DNA from: Selaginella moellendorffii
Taxonomy: Eukaryota > Plantae > Lycopodiophyta
Reading direction: 5' to 3'
DNA length: 64,000 nt
Assembly: GCF_000143415.4 (NCBI RefSeq)
Contig: NW_003314268.1
Span: forward strand, 1,938,494-2,002,493
Shown here: in pieces, positions 38,045 through 49,870 of the stretch
Position numbering within the stretch: the first letter of the stretch is position 1
Layout: each line of letters opens with the position of its first letter
The notes under the pieces: model-generated
Databases searched by the model: none
Told to the model about the DNA's origin: nothing
Seen by the model: the letters and a program-made list of their open reading frames with translations, nothing else
Made by a program: the position numbers and the translations under genes

Positions 38045-38155
38045 TTTAACCTTGTAAACAATCAAAATGTCTAACTTTGTAAAATTAGAAAATAAGATTT
38101 ATTTATCTTGAGTATGTTATATCTCCCAGCAGAGCTGGGGTCTTTGCTATAATAG
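38045..38155 (+). mobile_element. Helitron 3' terminus with CTATAATAG
   Basis: Hairpin CCCAGC-aga-GCTGGG at 38125-39 and CTATAATAG at 38147-55. The subterminal region matches 3345-3452. Confidence 0.75.
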
Positions 38156-38973
38156 TACTACACAATAGGAATAAAGCAGGTAGTTAGAGAACAAAAACAA
38201 GTGCCCACACCTGGACATATTCCATAGCAAGGAAAAAAGCTATTTTGATTCACTAAGATCAAGGTACAGTTCAGTATAGTACTTTTTTCTTTTATAAGTA
38301 CAGAATTTTTTAAACTCTTACAGATTCGAAAATTCATGGCCTCTGTTGTAGCAAGAAACTGTGTTGTTGGGATCCAAGGCAGTCCTCCTACAAACACCAG
38401 ATAAAGTAATAATATCACAAATTATAAATACTAACCTGTAGCCAGCAACGAAGTAATGGACAACAATGAAGATTTCAAATTGGCAAGCTTATCGGACTCA
38501 TATCTCGTTACCCATTATACATTTAGCATTGACCATTGAGCATCATAGACCAAAAGAAGAAAAAGAAGAAGAAAAAGAAGGGCAAGAACATCGTGAAGAA
38601 GAAGAAAAAGAAAAAGCTTAACAAACACAACAAAGTGAAAGCTTGGAAATGGAATAGAAAACGCAGCCTACAGACATATGTCCTTTCAGAACCTTTCTTT
38701 AGTTGGTTGAATTTTCCTATTTCTTGTACAGAGGTTGAACTTCGTCAAATTATGAGCGCTAGCTTCCCGTATTTGGACCATGTCAAAGGATTTCTTAAGG
38801 ATGGAAACACTTATCAGAGGCAGCAGACACGGTTTATGACGACTTAGCATGGATTATAAGAGCCTTGTATCAGTGGCCCATTTCATCACAGAACGATGCT
38901 CATCTTCGGATCATCGATCACTGCCAAGAAAATTCGAGGAGGAAGAAGACATGCCAAGCTGCAATACCTGAGG

Positions 38974-39560
38974 ATGGGAAGTTGGAGAGGGAACATTTTG
39001 GTTTTGCTTCTGCTGTCTCTGAGCTTGGGCGTTTCGGCTCATGATGAGAGTGGAGTACACAAGAATGGCTACCACAGTTACTCGAGATCCTGTACTTAAG
39101 CCGAGAGGATCATCAGGGACACCCTTAGCAAGCACACCGATTGGGAGAGGACGATACCAGCAGGAGTTCTTCACTTGCACTTCCACGACTGTTTCGTTGA
39201 CAGGAGAGCTTTGCAAGATTTAAATTCTGGTCTGCTAACTTTGCTGTTCTTCAGGGCTGTGATCGATCGGTTCTTCTTGATTCAACTCCCACCGATGGAA
39301 ATAAAGTGTAAAAATTGTCCCTTCCAAGCTTCATGTCCACCAAGAGCTATCCCTGCGCTCACACTCTAGCCATAGCTGCCAGAGTTTCAACCGTCATGGT
39401 AAGTTTAGCATCTTTTTAGAAACACTGGATCAAATTCTAAGATGGAGAGGAAAGAATTACCAAGTTCCAACTGGACGTTACAACAGAAGAGTTTCCATCC
39501 AGGAACGCGGCAACACCTTACAATCTCCGTTTGAGAATGTGTCAGTTCTCATTAAACAAA
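38974..39560 (+). pseudogene. Class III peroxidase 5' fragment, copy 3
   Basis: MGSWRGNILVLLLLSLSLGVSAH..RSCT*AERII..LHFHDCFVD / LAIAAR. Confidence 0.85.
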
Positions 39561-40471
39561 CACTGGTTATTTTGATCGGCTCCAAAACTGTAAAACAGCT
39601 GTAAATCACAAAATCTTAGGATTGTACTCCACACAGACCACTGCAAGAATACAGCACTCATATATTCTCTGCCTTTCAATTCTTTAACGATAGAAAACTG
39701 CAACAGAACGACATTGCATTAGTTTTAAAAAGAAAGAAGAAAATTGATTACAAATTCACCGTACCTGGCTTGAAATTTCATTACACAAGATCTGCAAAGA
39801 ACTGCAGGATCTTGCTCGATAAATTCAGTTTCCTTCATANNNNNNNNNNNNNNNNNNNNNNNNNNNNNNNNNNNNNNNNNNNNNNNNNNNNNNNNNNNNN
39901 NNNNNNNNNNNNNNNNNNNNNNNNNNNNNNNNNNNNNNNNNNNNNNNNNNNNNNNNNNNNNNNNNNNNNNNNNNNNNNNNNNNNNNNNNNNNNNNNNNNN
40001 NNNNNNNNNNNNNNNNNNNNNNNNNNNNNNNNNNNNNNNNNNNNNNNNNNNNNNNNNNNNNNNNNNNNNNNNNNNNNNNNNNNNNNNNNNNNNNNNNNNN
40101 NNNNNNNNNNNNNNNNNNNNNNNNNNNNNNNNNNNNNNNNNNNNNNNNNNNNNNNNNNNNNNNNNNNNNNNNNNNNNNNNNNNNNNNNNNNNNNNNNNNN
40201 NNNNNNNNNNNNNNNNNNNNNNNNNNNNNNNNNNNNNNNNNNNNNNNNNNNNNNNNNNNNNNNNNNNNNNNNNNNNNNNNNNNNNNNNNNNNNNNNNNNN
40301 NNNNNNNNNNNNNNNNNNNNNNNNNNNNNNNNNNNNNNNNNNNNNNNNNNNNNNNNNNNNNNNNNNNNNNNNNNNNNNNNNNNNNNNNNNNNNNNNNNNN
40401 NNNNNNNNNNNNNNNNNNNNNNNNNNNNNNNNNNNNNNNNNNNNNNNNNNNNNNNNNNNNNNNNNNNNNNN

Positions 40472-40680
<209 letters not shown>

Positions 40681-41439
40681 AAAAGGCATGGTGTCAATGA
40701 GTGCCTTGGCCTAGCCAAACAGCCCTATCCTGCATGCCAAGCAATTGTGATCCTACACATAGTTCAGGAAAGAGCTACTGAAAGAACATCACAAAGAAAA
40801 AGCTCAAGAGGGAGCTACTAACCATGTCCACATGAAGAGGTGTCTCGGTGTGGAGCCAGGCACCCAAGGTCACGCCATGTCTGAAAAACTGTCGGTATTA
40901 GTGTTCATGCTAATGCTACCACCCTGGCCATCAGCACATTATATAGAGATGTCTTTCCAGCACCCTATCATGTTGATTAATAACATAAGTAAGAAGAATA
41001 AAAAATTGCTTGATTTACCTCCAATCCCAGAAGTCGTACCTGACTTAGACACGCTCTTCGAAGATGGCACAATACTCTAGATCTAGCTACTCTTGTGTAG
41101 ATGATACAACAGGTTGTAGGGGTAAGGCATTGTCCTCCTTGGATAGATGACGCAATGTCTTCTGCACCAGCCATGCAACGGGAAATGCCAGGCATGTAGC
41201 TCAGAATTGCAAACCAGTTTTGCTGCACTACCTATGCTGTCACCTCTGGCAAAACTTTCCACTGGCAAGTCAAAGTGTGAGTCTCCAAGGCCAGAGCAAG
41301 ACTGCAAAACACAACATTTCATGGCTACTCAATCCTCAGTTATATTACCTGGTAGAGTTTCCTCCAAGGATCTCCTTGCAACTAAAGCAGTCCTTGGGGT
41401 CCACAATGCCCTTCATTGCATTCATGCTGAGCTGCCAAT

Positions 41440-42340
41440 GGCTCCATAGGCAGTAGCTCAAAGCCACATGATGTGTGCATGCCAAAAGAGAGTTCACATA
41501 TGTGAATCTATAGCCTCGCTTGAGAGGACACTGCGTGACATATGCCGGGCCATTGAACCAGGGATTTCTAAATTGCCAGATTCCATGCCTGTGACTTAGA
41601 TCACAGAATATTTTGGAACTTTTGAGACTTCTCATCACCAATGGATTGACATCTTGTCAGTGTTTGGTACTGTGATCAGAAGCCTATCACCATTGTTGGC
41701 ATAGATAGTTGGTCCTGGGAGCTTGCCATTGACAGTGATAATGTTCTTTGTTCTTCCCAGCCTACTCACCATGATCTTACGACCTAGGTGGTGGCAATTT
41801 GATGAGCATATTAAGCAAACTGACCTGGAAGTCATAGACTTTGGTTGTTTCATTCTGAGCAGCCACCAAATCGAAGCTCCAGGAAGTGAGGAAAGAGAAG
41901 ATCACAACTGCGAGGAAAACACTCTGAGATCACGCTTGTCACTCCTTGTCCATGCCTTGCAGGATGTCGATCTTGTGCTGCAAAGGTGCCAGGATCTGCA
42001 AGCTCCTGAAGAATCTAGTCGCATAGCTTGTGTCATTGAAGAATGGCTGGATCAGAGTCTCAGGCATCACAAATGCAGAGGATTTCATGTCTCAGGTGAT
42101 GTACTCAAGCACGGCAGTGGTGGTGGTGGTGTAGGGGACTTGCTGCACCAGCATGTATAGCACCATGGACATGAAGTATCACACATGTGGTCCACGGTGA
42201 TGATGATGTTGGTGGTCTACCTAGGACTGAGGAGGATGGTGTCCGTAGTGTAGGGCTTGGTGTACTTGTCCATAGCTCCATGTGGAAGAGGTGGGAGGAG
42301 GTATCTCTTGCTAGTGATGGCATTCAGGGTGTAAACTTTT
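41440..42340 (-). pseudogene. Laccase/multicopper oxidase fragments in scrambled order
   Basis: N-terminal part: TKVYDFQ | VSRLGRTKNIITVNGKLPGPTI..SIHW | HGIWQ..GPAYVTQCP..WHAHIMWL. Central part: YTKPYTTDTILL..TTTAVLEY..FNDTSYATRF, lying upstream on the same strand. Confidence 0.8.
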
Positions 42341-42399
42341 CTGAGAGAACAAGAAGAATGGTGATATCGAGACACACACACACAGAGCAGCTCGCAATC

Positions 42400-42613
42400 T
42401 GCCCGATCACCCTAAAATATTTCACTTAATTTTGGAGCGTTATTAAAATCAAAATTGAAGCATTGCCACTCTTTTGGCATGTGATCTATGCCATCTATTT
42501 GAAGTTTTTGAATTTCAGCCATTAGATTATAAGTATATTCACAAATAATATTCTAAAAATGGAATAAAACCAGATGCCATATGGCAATAACACTTTTAAA
42601 TAAGAGGGTATAA
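42400..42613 (-). mobile_element. Helitron 5' module (degenerate copy of 14140-14355)
   Basis: Collinear ~210 bp similarity. Confidence 0.65.
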
Positions 42614-42639
42614 TTGTCATATGCAAACAACACTTTTAA

Positions 42640-43549
42640 ATAATGTAATCCATTATTTATATTTGAACTTGTCATTTGGAGCTCATCTTCCACATATTTT
42701 AGCATTTTAAATGCCTTTGCATATGGATTTATGTCTCACAATAAAGCATCTAATTCATTCATCAATCCTGTGTCACATTTACTATTATATTTTCTTTTCA
42801 TTCTTCTGCAGCTTTTAGCGTTGATGAAATGATTAGCAATGGACCATATTATTTCAAAATTCATAGACAAGTATACCATTCAATTGGCAGTTTTCATCCT
42901 ATGCAAGGTCATGATGCAAGATATTCTCAGCTTTATATTTTAGACACACTATTATAATTTCGAATTAATTCTTTAAAATTTCCTTGTTGGACTGTTCTAT
43001 CTAATAATTTATGAATCATTTCAAGGAATTCCAATTTTTTTTCTATAAACACACATCCATCATGACAACATTGTGATTGTGTTTCAGAAGCAAAAAGAAA
43101 AGCTTTACAATAGTTACAATGTTTATCCATGAAACCAATATAATCNNNNNNNNNNNNNNNNNNNNNNNNNNNNNNNNNNNNNNNNNNNNNNNNNNNNNNN
43201 NNNNNNNNNNNNNNNNNNNNNNNNNNNNNNNNNNNNNNNNNNNNNTTACCGTCTTTGTTGTTTTGCAAGAATCCTAAATGTTTAGTATTTTCCATGCTTT
43301 CTGATCCATTTCTAGGATTTCCTTCATAATACGTAGGGTAATAAATTCAACAATGTTTCTAGAAGCATTTTCTATGGGTATCAATCTTGGAATTGTTGGG
43401 GGTTCTTCAATGAAACCAGGTTTTGTCACACTTTCATCCATGCTTTTATTCATATATAGAGATGAATTCAAACTTGCTAAACTTCCATTTATCATACAGC
43501 CTTCATGTAAAATTAGATCACATGTTTTCCTCTTTCTTTTGCCACCCAT
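42640..43549 (-). mobile_element. Helitron RepHel transposase N-terminal remnant with internal micro-inversion
   Basis: Minus strand: IGFMDKHCNYCKAFLFASE..CCHDG..FKELIRNYNS. Plus strand ~42820-42948: GPYYFKIHRQVYHSIGSFHP..YSQLYILDT. Minus strand below 42810: LMNELDALL*DINPYAKAFKML. Confidence 0.85.
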
Positions 43550-43989
43550 TGATCTATAGGAGATTTTACAATCTCTTTTAGAACATAGAAGCTTAGATAG
43601 TGTCTGCAGGCTCTAGATGGTGAAAATAAGTAAATAGACAAATAACCAAACCACAAGAAATAGAAGCACACTGAATGTTGCCCTTAGGACTTTTTAATTG
43701 TCCCTTAGAAAACACAGAAACAAAATTACCTCTTGACAAATGCGTGAGGCAACCTAATTGTGTAGTCCTTTTTACTATGATTTGAAACAGTTTTTTTTAG
43801 CCCACATGTCTATTTAGTTACACTTTCGAAAAGCCTTTGACAGTAAACAGTTTTACCATATCTTTTCAAGGTTTTAGTTCACAGGATTTATTCTGCTCTA
43901 ATGCCAGTTTACTTTGGTCTTTGCAACAGGTCATTCAGTTCATGCAAAAAAACTACAACAAATATGAATTCACGACAACCAAAAGTCAG

Positions 43990-44210
43990 TGGTAATCACC
44001 TCGAGGTTGTGGTGTGACAACCAGAGCTACATCACTTTGGCTAGCAGCCTAGCTAACATTTCTGCACAGAGCACTTCAACATTCAAAGTATGAAGACGCG
44101 ATTTTTGAGATAGCATACTGTGGCACAAGAGACATGGTGCCCAATATCTTCACCAAGTCCTTGGTTTGTGATTGTTTTCTTCAGTATCGACATAATCTTG
44201 GTCTCTACTT
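43990..44210 (+). mobile_element. Ty1/copia RNase H remnant
   Basis: Decayed LWCDNQS..LA..YCGTRDMVPNIFTKSL..F..YRHNLGL. Confidence 0.6.
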
Positions 44211-46760
44211 GTTAAGCTGTTCCAATCTGCTTGTTTAAAAAGAAAAGTGGACATAAGCAACCACTTGTCCACTCCAGTCCAAGTCTACTGTCCTGATCAA
44301 CAACCTCTCCACTTTGAGGAAATTACACCTCCCTTTCTAGCTCAATTCCTGTTAATACATTTATCACCTCAGATAACAAAGGGAAAATTCTAAAAAAACC
44401 TTTAGCTCTTACATACAGCAGGAGTAACAAACAAACACTTCTTTCCTCTACCCAGCCAACATTAATACATTACCAGTTTTATCACGAACACAATCGTCGT
44501 CCAACTGCCTGTCCTATAGCTGCCTCTCGGACTCCTTGGTTCTTATGCTTGCAGCTGGAGGTGGCACTGGGGTTGGTTCCGAGGAATCCAGTGACTCTTC
44601 CAGACCTCCAAATTTGTCACAAAGCTTCTCTAGCAGGATTTTCTCACAGGAGAACGAGGCCTTGACATATTCTGTCAAAGCCAACCAGTCTGCTATCTCG
44701 AGCAAAAAACGGAGCAAGAGGCTTCCACGCCAGTTTGAAATCAAGCCACTCTTTTTCTATTGGGCAGCACATTACTAAGGATATAAATAGATACAAAGCT
44801 TAATTCATAATGCATAGGTGGGACTGGTTCACTTAGGGAGATGCTGATTACTGTAAGTTTTGTTTTTTTTCTCCTCTCTGAATTTAGCGACTTCACAGGC
44901 TTTTCATAGAAATAAACAGTTAATTTCAATTGCACCTGAATACTTTACATATTATATCCATTTGTCTCACATATTGGACTGGAAAACTTGTAGATGCTTT
45001 CAATATCCCTGCATTGGAGAAGACAACAACTTTTGCTAGCTCATAAATTTCAGAAGACAGAGAGAAAGACATTCTTGGCCTCAGTGTCAGTGGTGAGTTC
45101 TCGGTTTTGCTTGTACTAAGCTCCCTTAAACATCAACCTGGTAAGCTTTGGTGGACACAATGACGGTTCTTTTTAAAATTCGGTTGCAACCTATGTAGTT
45201 TTCTCGTTTCGGAAATTTTTTTCTATCACCTTGTGTTTCATATATAAAATCTGGAAAGCCATGGGTGGCCTTATCCTTGAAATCCATTACATGTTGCAGC
45301 TTTGTACTCCATCATGAGAAATAGGTGTTATGTGACGGGCAAATTTGCGTTTTGACTTTATGGCTAGCCTCTTAAAGTTTCTAATCAAATATCAAAGCTA
45401 ACTTCGATTAGCAATGCTGTCACTGTACTCTTCTCAGGCGGTTCTTGAGGTCATATAGACTGATGCATGACCTGTTGATGTGTCCTGGTTTGAGCCTTTA
45501 GTGTCCTATCCAGTTTGCGAGGCATGATTCTTCAAGTGACTGAAAGTGGCTGATAACACTTCATGTGAGTGCTCCACTAGCTCACACAAGGAGATAAACT
45601 CATTTGACTATTCTGTTCTTCTTCTTTTTCAATTGTGGCATGTTACCTGCAAATTGAGATCCCCAAGTAGAGAACTTGTTCAGCAGAGGCTCTGCTATAA
45701 ACTTTGAATAGGCAAATAGTAAGTAGGCACCAACTGTGATCGAGTTTGTTATCCCGTTTTTAAAAAAATTGAAGTGTGTATATCAGCCCGTACGAACTTG
45801 GAGCTTACTTAACGTTTTCCTAGGTGTCCATGCCACAATTGACAGAGGAAGAAAACCTATGAATGGCGTAGTCAAATGAGTGCAACTGCGGTCATCGCCT
45901 TCTGTGAGCTCTGACGATAGTGGGCACATCACATTAAGTGTTATCAACGTATACAAAGGACTTGATACAATCGAAGCTGTTATTACACGTGCTGGCGTGG
46001 TAATGGTGCATGAGAATAGTTGTGTTCTTGCTATTTTAAAGTTTCTGAGCACAAGCATGGATATGCTAAATTAAATCACTTAAACATTTTAATTGAAAGC
46101 CAGATGCTTCATAAATCTCAAAGGAGATGGTGTGCACAGACAGGCAAATGTATGACACTAATTAAATCGACCTTTCCTTATTACATTATATAGTCTAGTT
46201 GATAAACGATGTGATGGGGATAATGATCTTAATTTAATAATGTAAACAATTATAATTTATGGACAATTGCTGTCCCCACTGATTCATATGGTTTTCACGT
46301 GAAAATATCTTCAAGTCTAATGATATGCATTTATGGGGACACCTTTTGTGCAGCTCATAAGCAGATAAGAATCAATGTTTGAGAAACTGTGGACATATAT
46401 TGATTCGTCTTCTTAGAAAAAAGAGAGAGAGAGAGATTGAGAAGAGGTTAAATCTTTTCGAAAATTTAAGTCATCAGTTGTCCCCACCACGTTATGCTTC
46501 ATCAACATGAAGCTTTCATGAGCGACCAATAGTCACTCCTGAATGCTGCAGGCTAAGTCAACGACAAAGCTCCGAGGGAAGGCTGCCCCGAGGCACGAGA
46601 AATCAAAGATGGATACACAACTGTAGAAGAGGCCTTTGAATGGTATGCAACCTTTGTAACATGGCACGTACGAACTGCACTATCCGGCAGTCAGGTCGGT
46701 CATATGCATTCACAGTTCAATCTTTTGAATATGTGATAGGTTTCTCCAATCAGCCACTTA

Positions 46761-47669
46761 CTACCTTACTGTGTTCTTGTTGGAGCAAATCTTATTAGCA
46801 ACCATGCCATTTTGATCAACTTGAATGTCACATTTGACACTGCACCAGAACGACGGAGATGTTAAGCCGAAGACGGTGCTCATTTTTGCCTTGAGCTCCA
46901 TCTCAATCATGAATGTGAGTGCTCTGCGAAGTATATCCCTCTTAATGCTATAATTAGATGTCAGCGGCACCTGCAATCCATCGTCAGTGACAGTAATAAA
47001 CACAAGCCTGCTGCTACTTCTGAGCTGCACAAAAGGTGGCGAATTTCCAGCCCCAAGTCGAAATCCAAAGTAGAATGGCTTAATCTCAAGCGATTGAATA
47101 TAAAGATCCACTCTCTTGTTGGGATTGGACAAATAGAGAGTGTAGATGATGCTATAGTTATATACTGCCGCAAAGTACATGCCTTTACCTTCAGCCTGCT
47201 GTGCTATAATCTCGGAAGCGTCTACATCATTCATGTTAATATACGAAAATTTGGCAGTAACAACGTCTAGACGAGGGAAGCTGGGCTTGAGGTAGCAGTA
47301 AATGCCCATCATTACGAGACCCAAAACAAGAAAGAACAAGAGAAGTCCTACGAGAATCGATCCGAAGTGCCTGCTTCTCGACCATCTGACCCTGTCTCTT
47401 GCTTCTTTGGCCTCCATTCTAGCAAGATATTCTTCATCAAAGAATCTGCTGATATCTGTCCTGTTTAGTTCCCGGTTCCTCGGAACCAAACTCCTCACTC
47501 TCTCAGCAACAGCACTGATTGCTGCCATCAATGTAAAGAGCGACAGTGCCGGATTCAAAATGAAATCCAGCATCGGTAAATGCCATTGCCACTGCTCAAG
47601 GAGCCATGCCTCCTCATGATTATCAAACTCGTTGCTTCGTGACAGCATATCGTCTGTGTCCCCAGCCAT
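46761..47669 (-). CDS. LEA_2 / NDR1-HIN1-like membrane protein
   Basis: A TM helix (FGSILVGLLLFFLVLGLVMMGIYCYLKP) is followed by an LEA_2 domain with NPNKR and terminal C..C. ATG at 47669 (the start is uncertain). Confidence 0.75.
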   Translation of the reverse strand: MAGDTDDMLSRSNEFDNHEEAWLLEQWQWHLPMLDFILNPALSLFTLMAAISAVAERVRSLVPRNRELNRTDISRFFDEEYLARMEAKEARDRVRWSRSRHFGSILVGLLLFFLVLGLVMMGIYCYLKPSFPRLDVVTAKFSYINMNDVDASEIIAQQAEGKGMYFAAVYNYSIIYTLYLSNPNKRVDLYIQSLEIKPFYFGFRLGAGNSPPFVQLRSSSRLVFITVTDDGLQVPLTSNYSIKRDILRRALTFMIEMELKAKMSTVFGLTSPSFWCSVKCDIQVDQNGMVANKICSNKNTVR

Positions 47670-48018
47670 CTTGATCTCCAATTCTGACAGTCTTTGTGCC
47701 GCTCTGCGGCCACCCCTAACATGACGACGTGGCCACAGTAGATTTCTCAAACAGGCTGTTAAGTAGGCAAATGGTTTAAAGCAGACCAGGTAAAAGTCCC
47801 CAGTAACACGAAATAAATTACAAGAGTTTGTGATTTTTACAGGCATTTCTCACTGGATGCTCGGCCGGAGGACTGTCAACGATTCACCGTTGCAATGACT
47901 TTCAGTACTATCTCCCTGGGATCTCTCAACATGTGGTAGCTGGAATTGAGCCAGAGGCCCTAATGAAAGTGCATCAGCACGAGCAGCCCTCGTGGAACGC
48001 ATTGTTTCGCCTCTTGAC

Positions 48019-48900
48019 ATGTCCTCTTCCAAATTTCATGAGTCCTTCCCAGGGGCCTCACCATGCCAGTCATCTAACGTCCGTTTCAGCGACGTCAAAG
48101 TTCTTCCAACCCTTCCAGGAGCTCCAGGTTTCCATCGGCTTTCCTCTGAAAAGTCAGCAGCTTCCGTCAAATACACGCCCAGATCAGGCAGTTAAAATTT
48201 ATAACCAATAAGATTCATCAAAAACCTTGGCTACAACTAAAGCCGACGGGTGAAAGTCCTCCACGTCCGGAACATTCTCAGCGGTTGACATCAAAGACTA
48301 GAGAGATCACTAGAGACTACAGGTGGAGAAAGGTCCTAATGTGGGGTGCCTGTCTTTGATTTTTTGTGGCGTACTTGCACCTTTGGCCGAAAAGTCCTAC
48401 TTTCGAAGTGACGGCCGCACGCTCTGACTACTTAACGATGACGCCTGTTACTCCAGCACAGATAGCATGGCAGCAGGCTGCAGGTGAAGGTAACTACTAC
48501 GCGGCGTATTTCCTGTTTGGGACTACATACGAGGTGCAATGACAACAGCAGCAACAACAGGAAAGTGGATACATTCAACAATTCAACGAGTACTGCCCTA
48601 CTACAATGGATTCAAACTGGGAACCGCGAGAACAGCCCCTTCGTGCAGGCCAGGCGTAGCTCAGGACTTATATTGTATTATAATTCGTGAAAACAATCTG
48701 CCACTTCCCCTAGACGTGTACTATACGATTCTCAACGACATGAAGCTAGGCAAAGCAACTTATATTCTCATGCTGACTGTAAAGGCCCGAATGTAGGTTG
48801 CATAAAGTCACCTAACTTCTTTCTGATGGTCAAGTGTCAGGTAACTGTGCTAGGAGACTTTGTTATTCCTCATAGGCTATGCACGTTTCAAAACTAACCG
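48019..48900 (+). pseudogene. LEA_2/NHL pseudogene
   Basis: Reads YLHLWPKSPTFEVT..TPAQIA..GEGNYYAAYF..YYNGFKLG..LPLPLDVYYTIL, homologous to both neighbours, with frameshifts and stops. Confidence 0.75.
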
Positions 48901-49010
48901 TTGGATGATATCCACGGCAGCTTCTGCGCGCGTTAAATTTCAAACGTAACCGCTTGTGATCCAAGGAAGGATGCGGTATCCGCAAGTGTGTGTCTGTGTG
49001 TGGACATGAA

Positions 49011-49823
49011 ATGCCACGAGGAGTACGCTTTGGCGGTGATGCTGAAGGTGATGAAGAAGCTGGGAAAGTGGCCCAAGCTGGAGGCAAGTTTACCAGGATC
49101 AGTCTTGTCGTGGATGAAGACGAGGGAATCCCAAACTCGCAAAATCTCAGCAGGATTTTTAACAAAAGTCATTTTGATGCTGCCGAGAGAGAACTGCAGC
49201 GGGAGCAACAGCTCAAGGCACTTGGAGAAGAGCTCTTTGGTGGTCTGGTAGCCTTCTCTTGCGTATTTTTTATTCTGTGCCTGATCATGCTCGCAATGTA
49301 CATACATCTCCAGCCAGTAGCACCGGATTTTGAAGTCACGGGAGCAGGATTTGTTTCCCTTGCCATTACCGCTCTCACCCCTGCACAGATTGCGGAACAA
49401 ACAAGTTCAGGCTCCGGAAACTATTTTGCTGCTTATTTCACCTTTAATGCCTCGTACACAATTCTCTTTACCAATTCCAACAAGAAAGTGGACATGTTCG
49501 TAGAGAGCATTGAACTCACTGTCTTCTACAATGGATTCCGGTTTGGAGCCACAAAAAGCATGCCCTTTACACAACCCAGAAGCAGCTCTCAGTCGTTCAA
49601 GCTGTTTGTCTCGCAGAAACTGCTACCCATTCCACTCAACGTGTACTACACCATGTTAAGCAGTTCCGGAAAACGGACCTTTTTTGGTGCAGACCTTGTT
49701 ATGAAAGGCACTATGTCAACAATTGGGACGCTAAAATCTCCTCCGTTTAACTTCAGGGTTAGGTGCAACCTCGTTCTAAAAAACTACATTATCATTGAAA
49801 AGTACTGCAAGAGGCTCAACTGA
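49011..49823 (+). CDS. LEA_2 / NDR1-HIN1-like membrane protein
   Basis: Intronless 270-aa ORF with a TM helix, NSNKK motif and terminal cysteines. Paralogue of 46761-47669. Confidence 0.85.
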   Translation: MPRGVRFGGDAEGDEEAGKVAQAGGKFTRISLVVDEDEGIPNSQNLSRIFNKSHFDAAERELQREQQLKALGEELFGGLVAFSCVFFILCLIMLAMYIHLQPVAPDFEVTGAGFVSLAITALTPAQIAEQTSSGSGNYFAAYFTFNASYTILFTNSNKKVDMFVESIELTVFYNGFRFGATKSMPFTQPRSSSQSFKLFVSQKLLPIPLNVYYTMLSSSGKRTFFGADLVMKGTMSTIGTLKSPPFNFRVRCNLVLKNYIIIEKYCKRLN

Positions 49824-49870
49824 GCTTAATAGACGTCCCTATAGTTGTTTCATTGTTCGTTAGCGTCCAA

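Noticed and set aside
2044-38155. CRISPR-like array or Rho-independent terminators from the recurring GC hairpin
   Set aside because: The context is eukaryotic, spacing is irregular at kb scale, there are no cas genes or U-tracts, and Helitron termini explain it.
44510-46074. Short ORFs and exon-like stretches at the TE/gene boundary
   Set aside because: No recognisable motif or consistent splice model.
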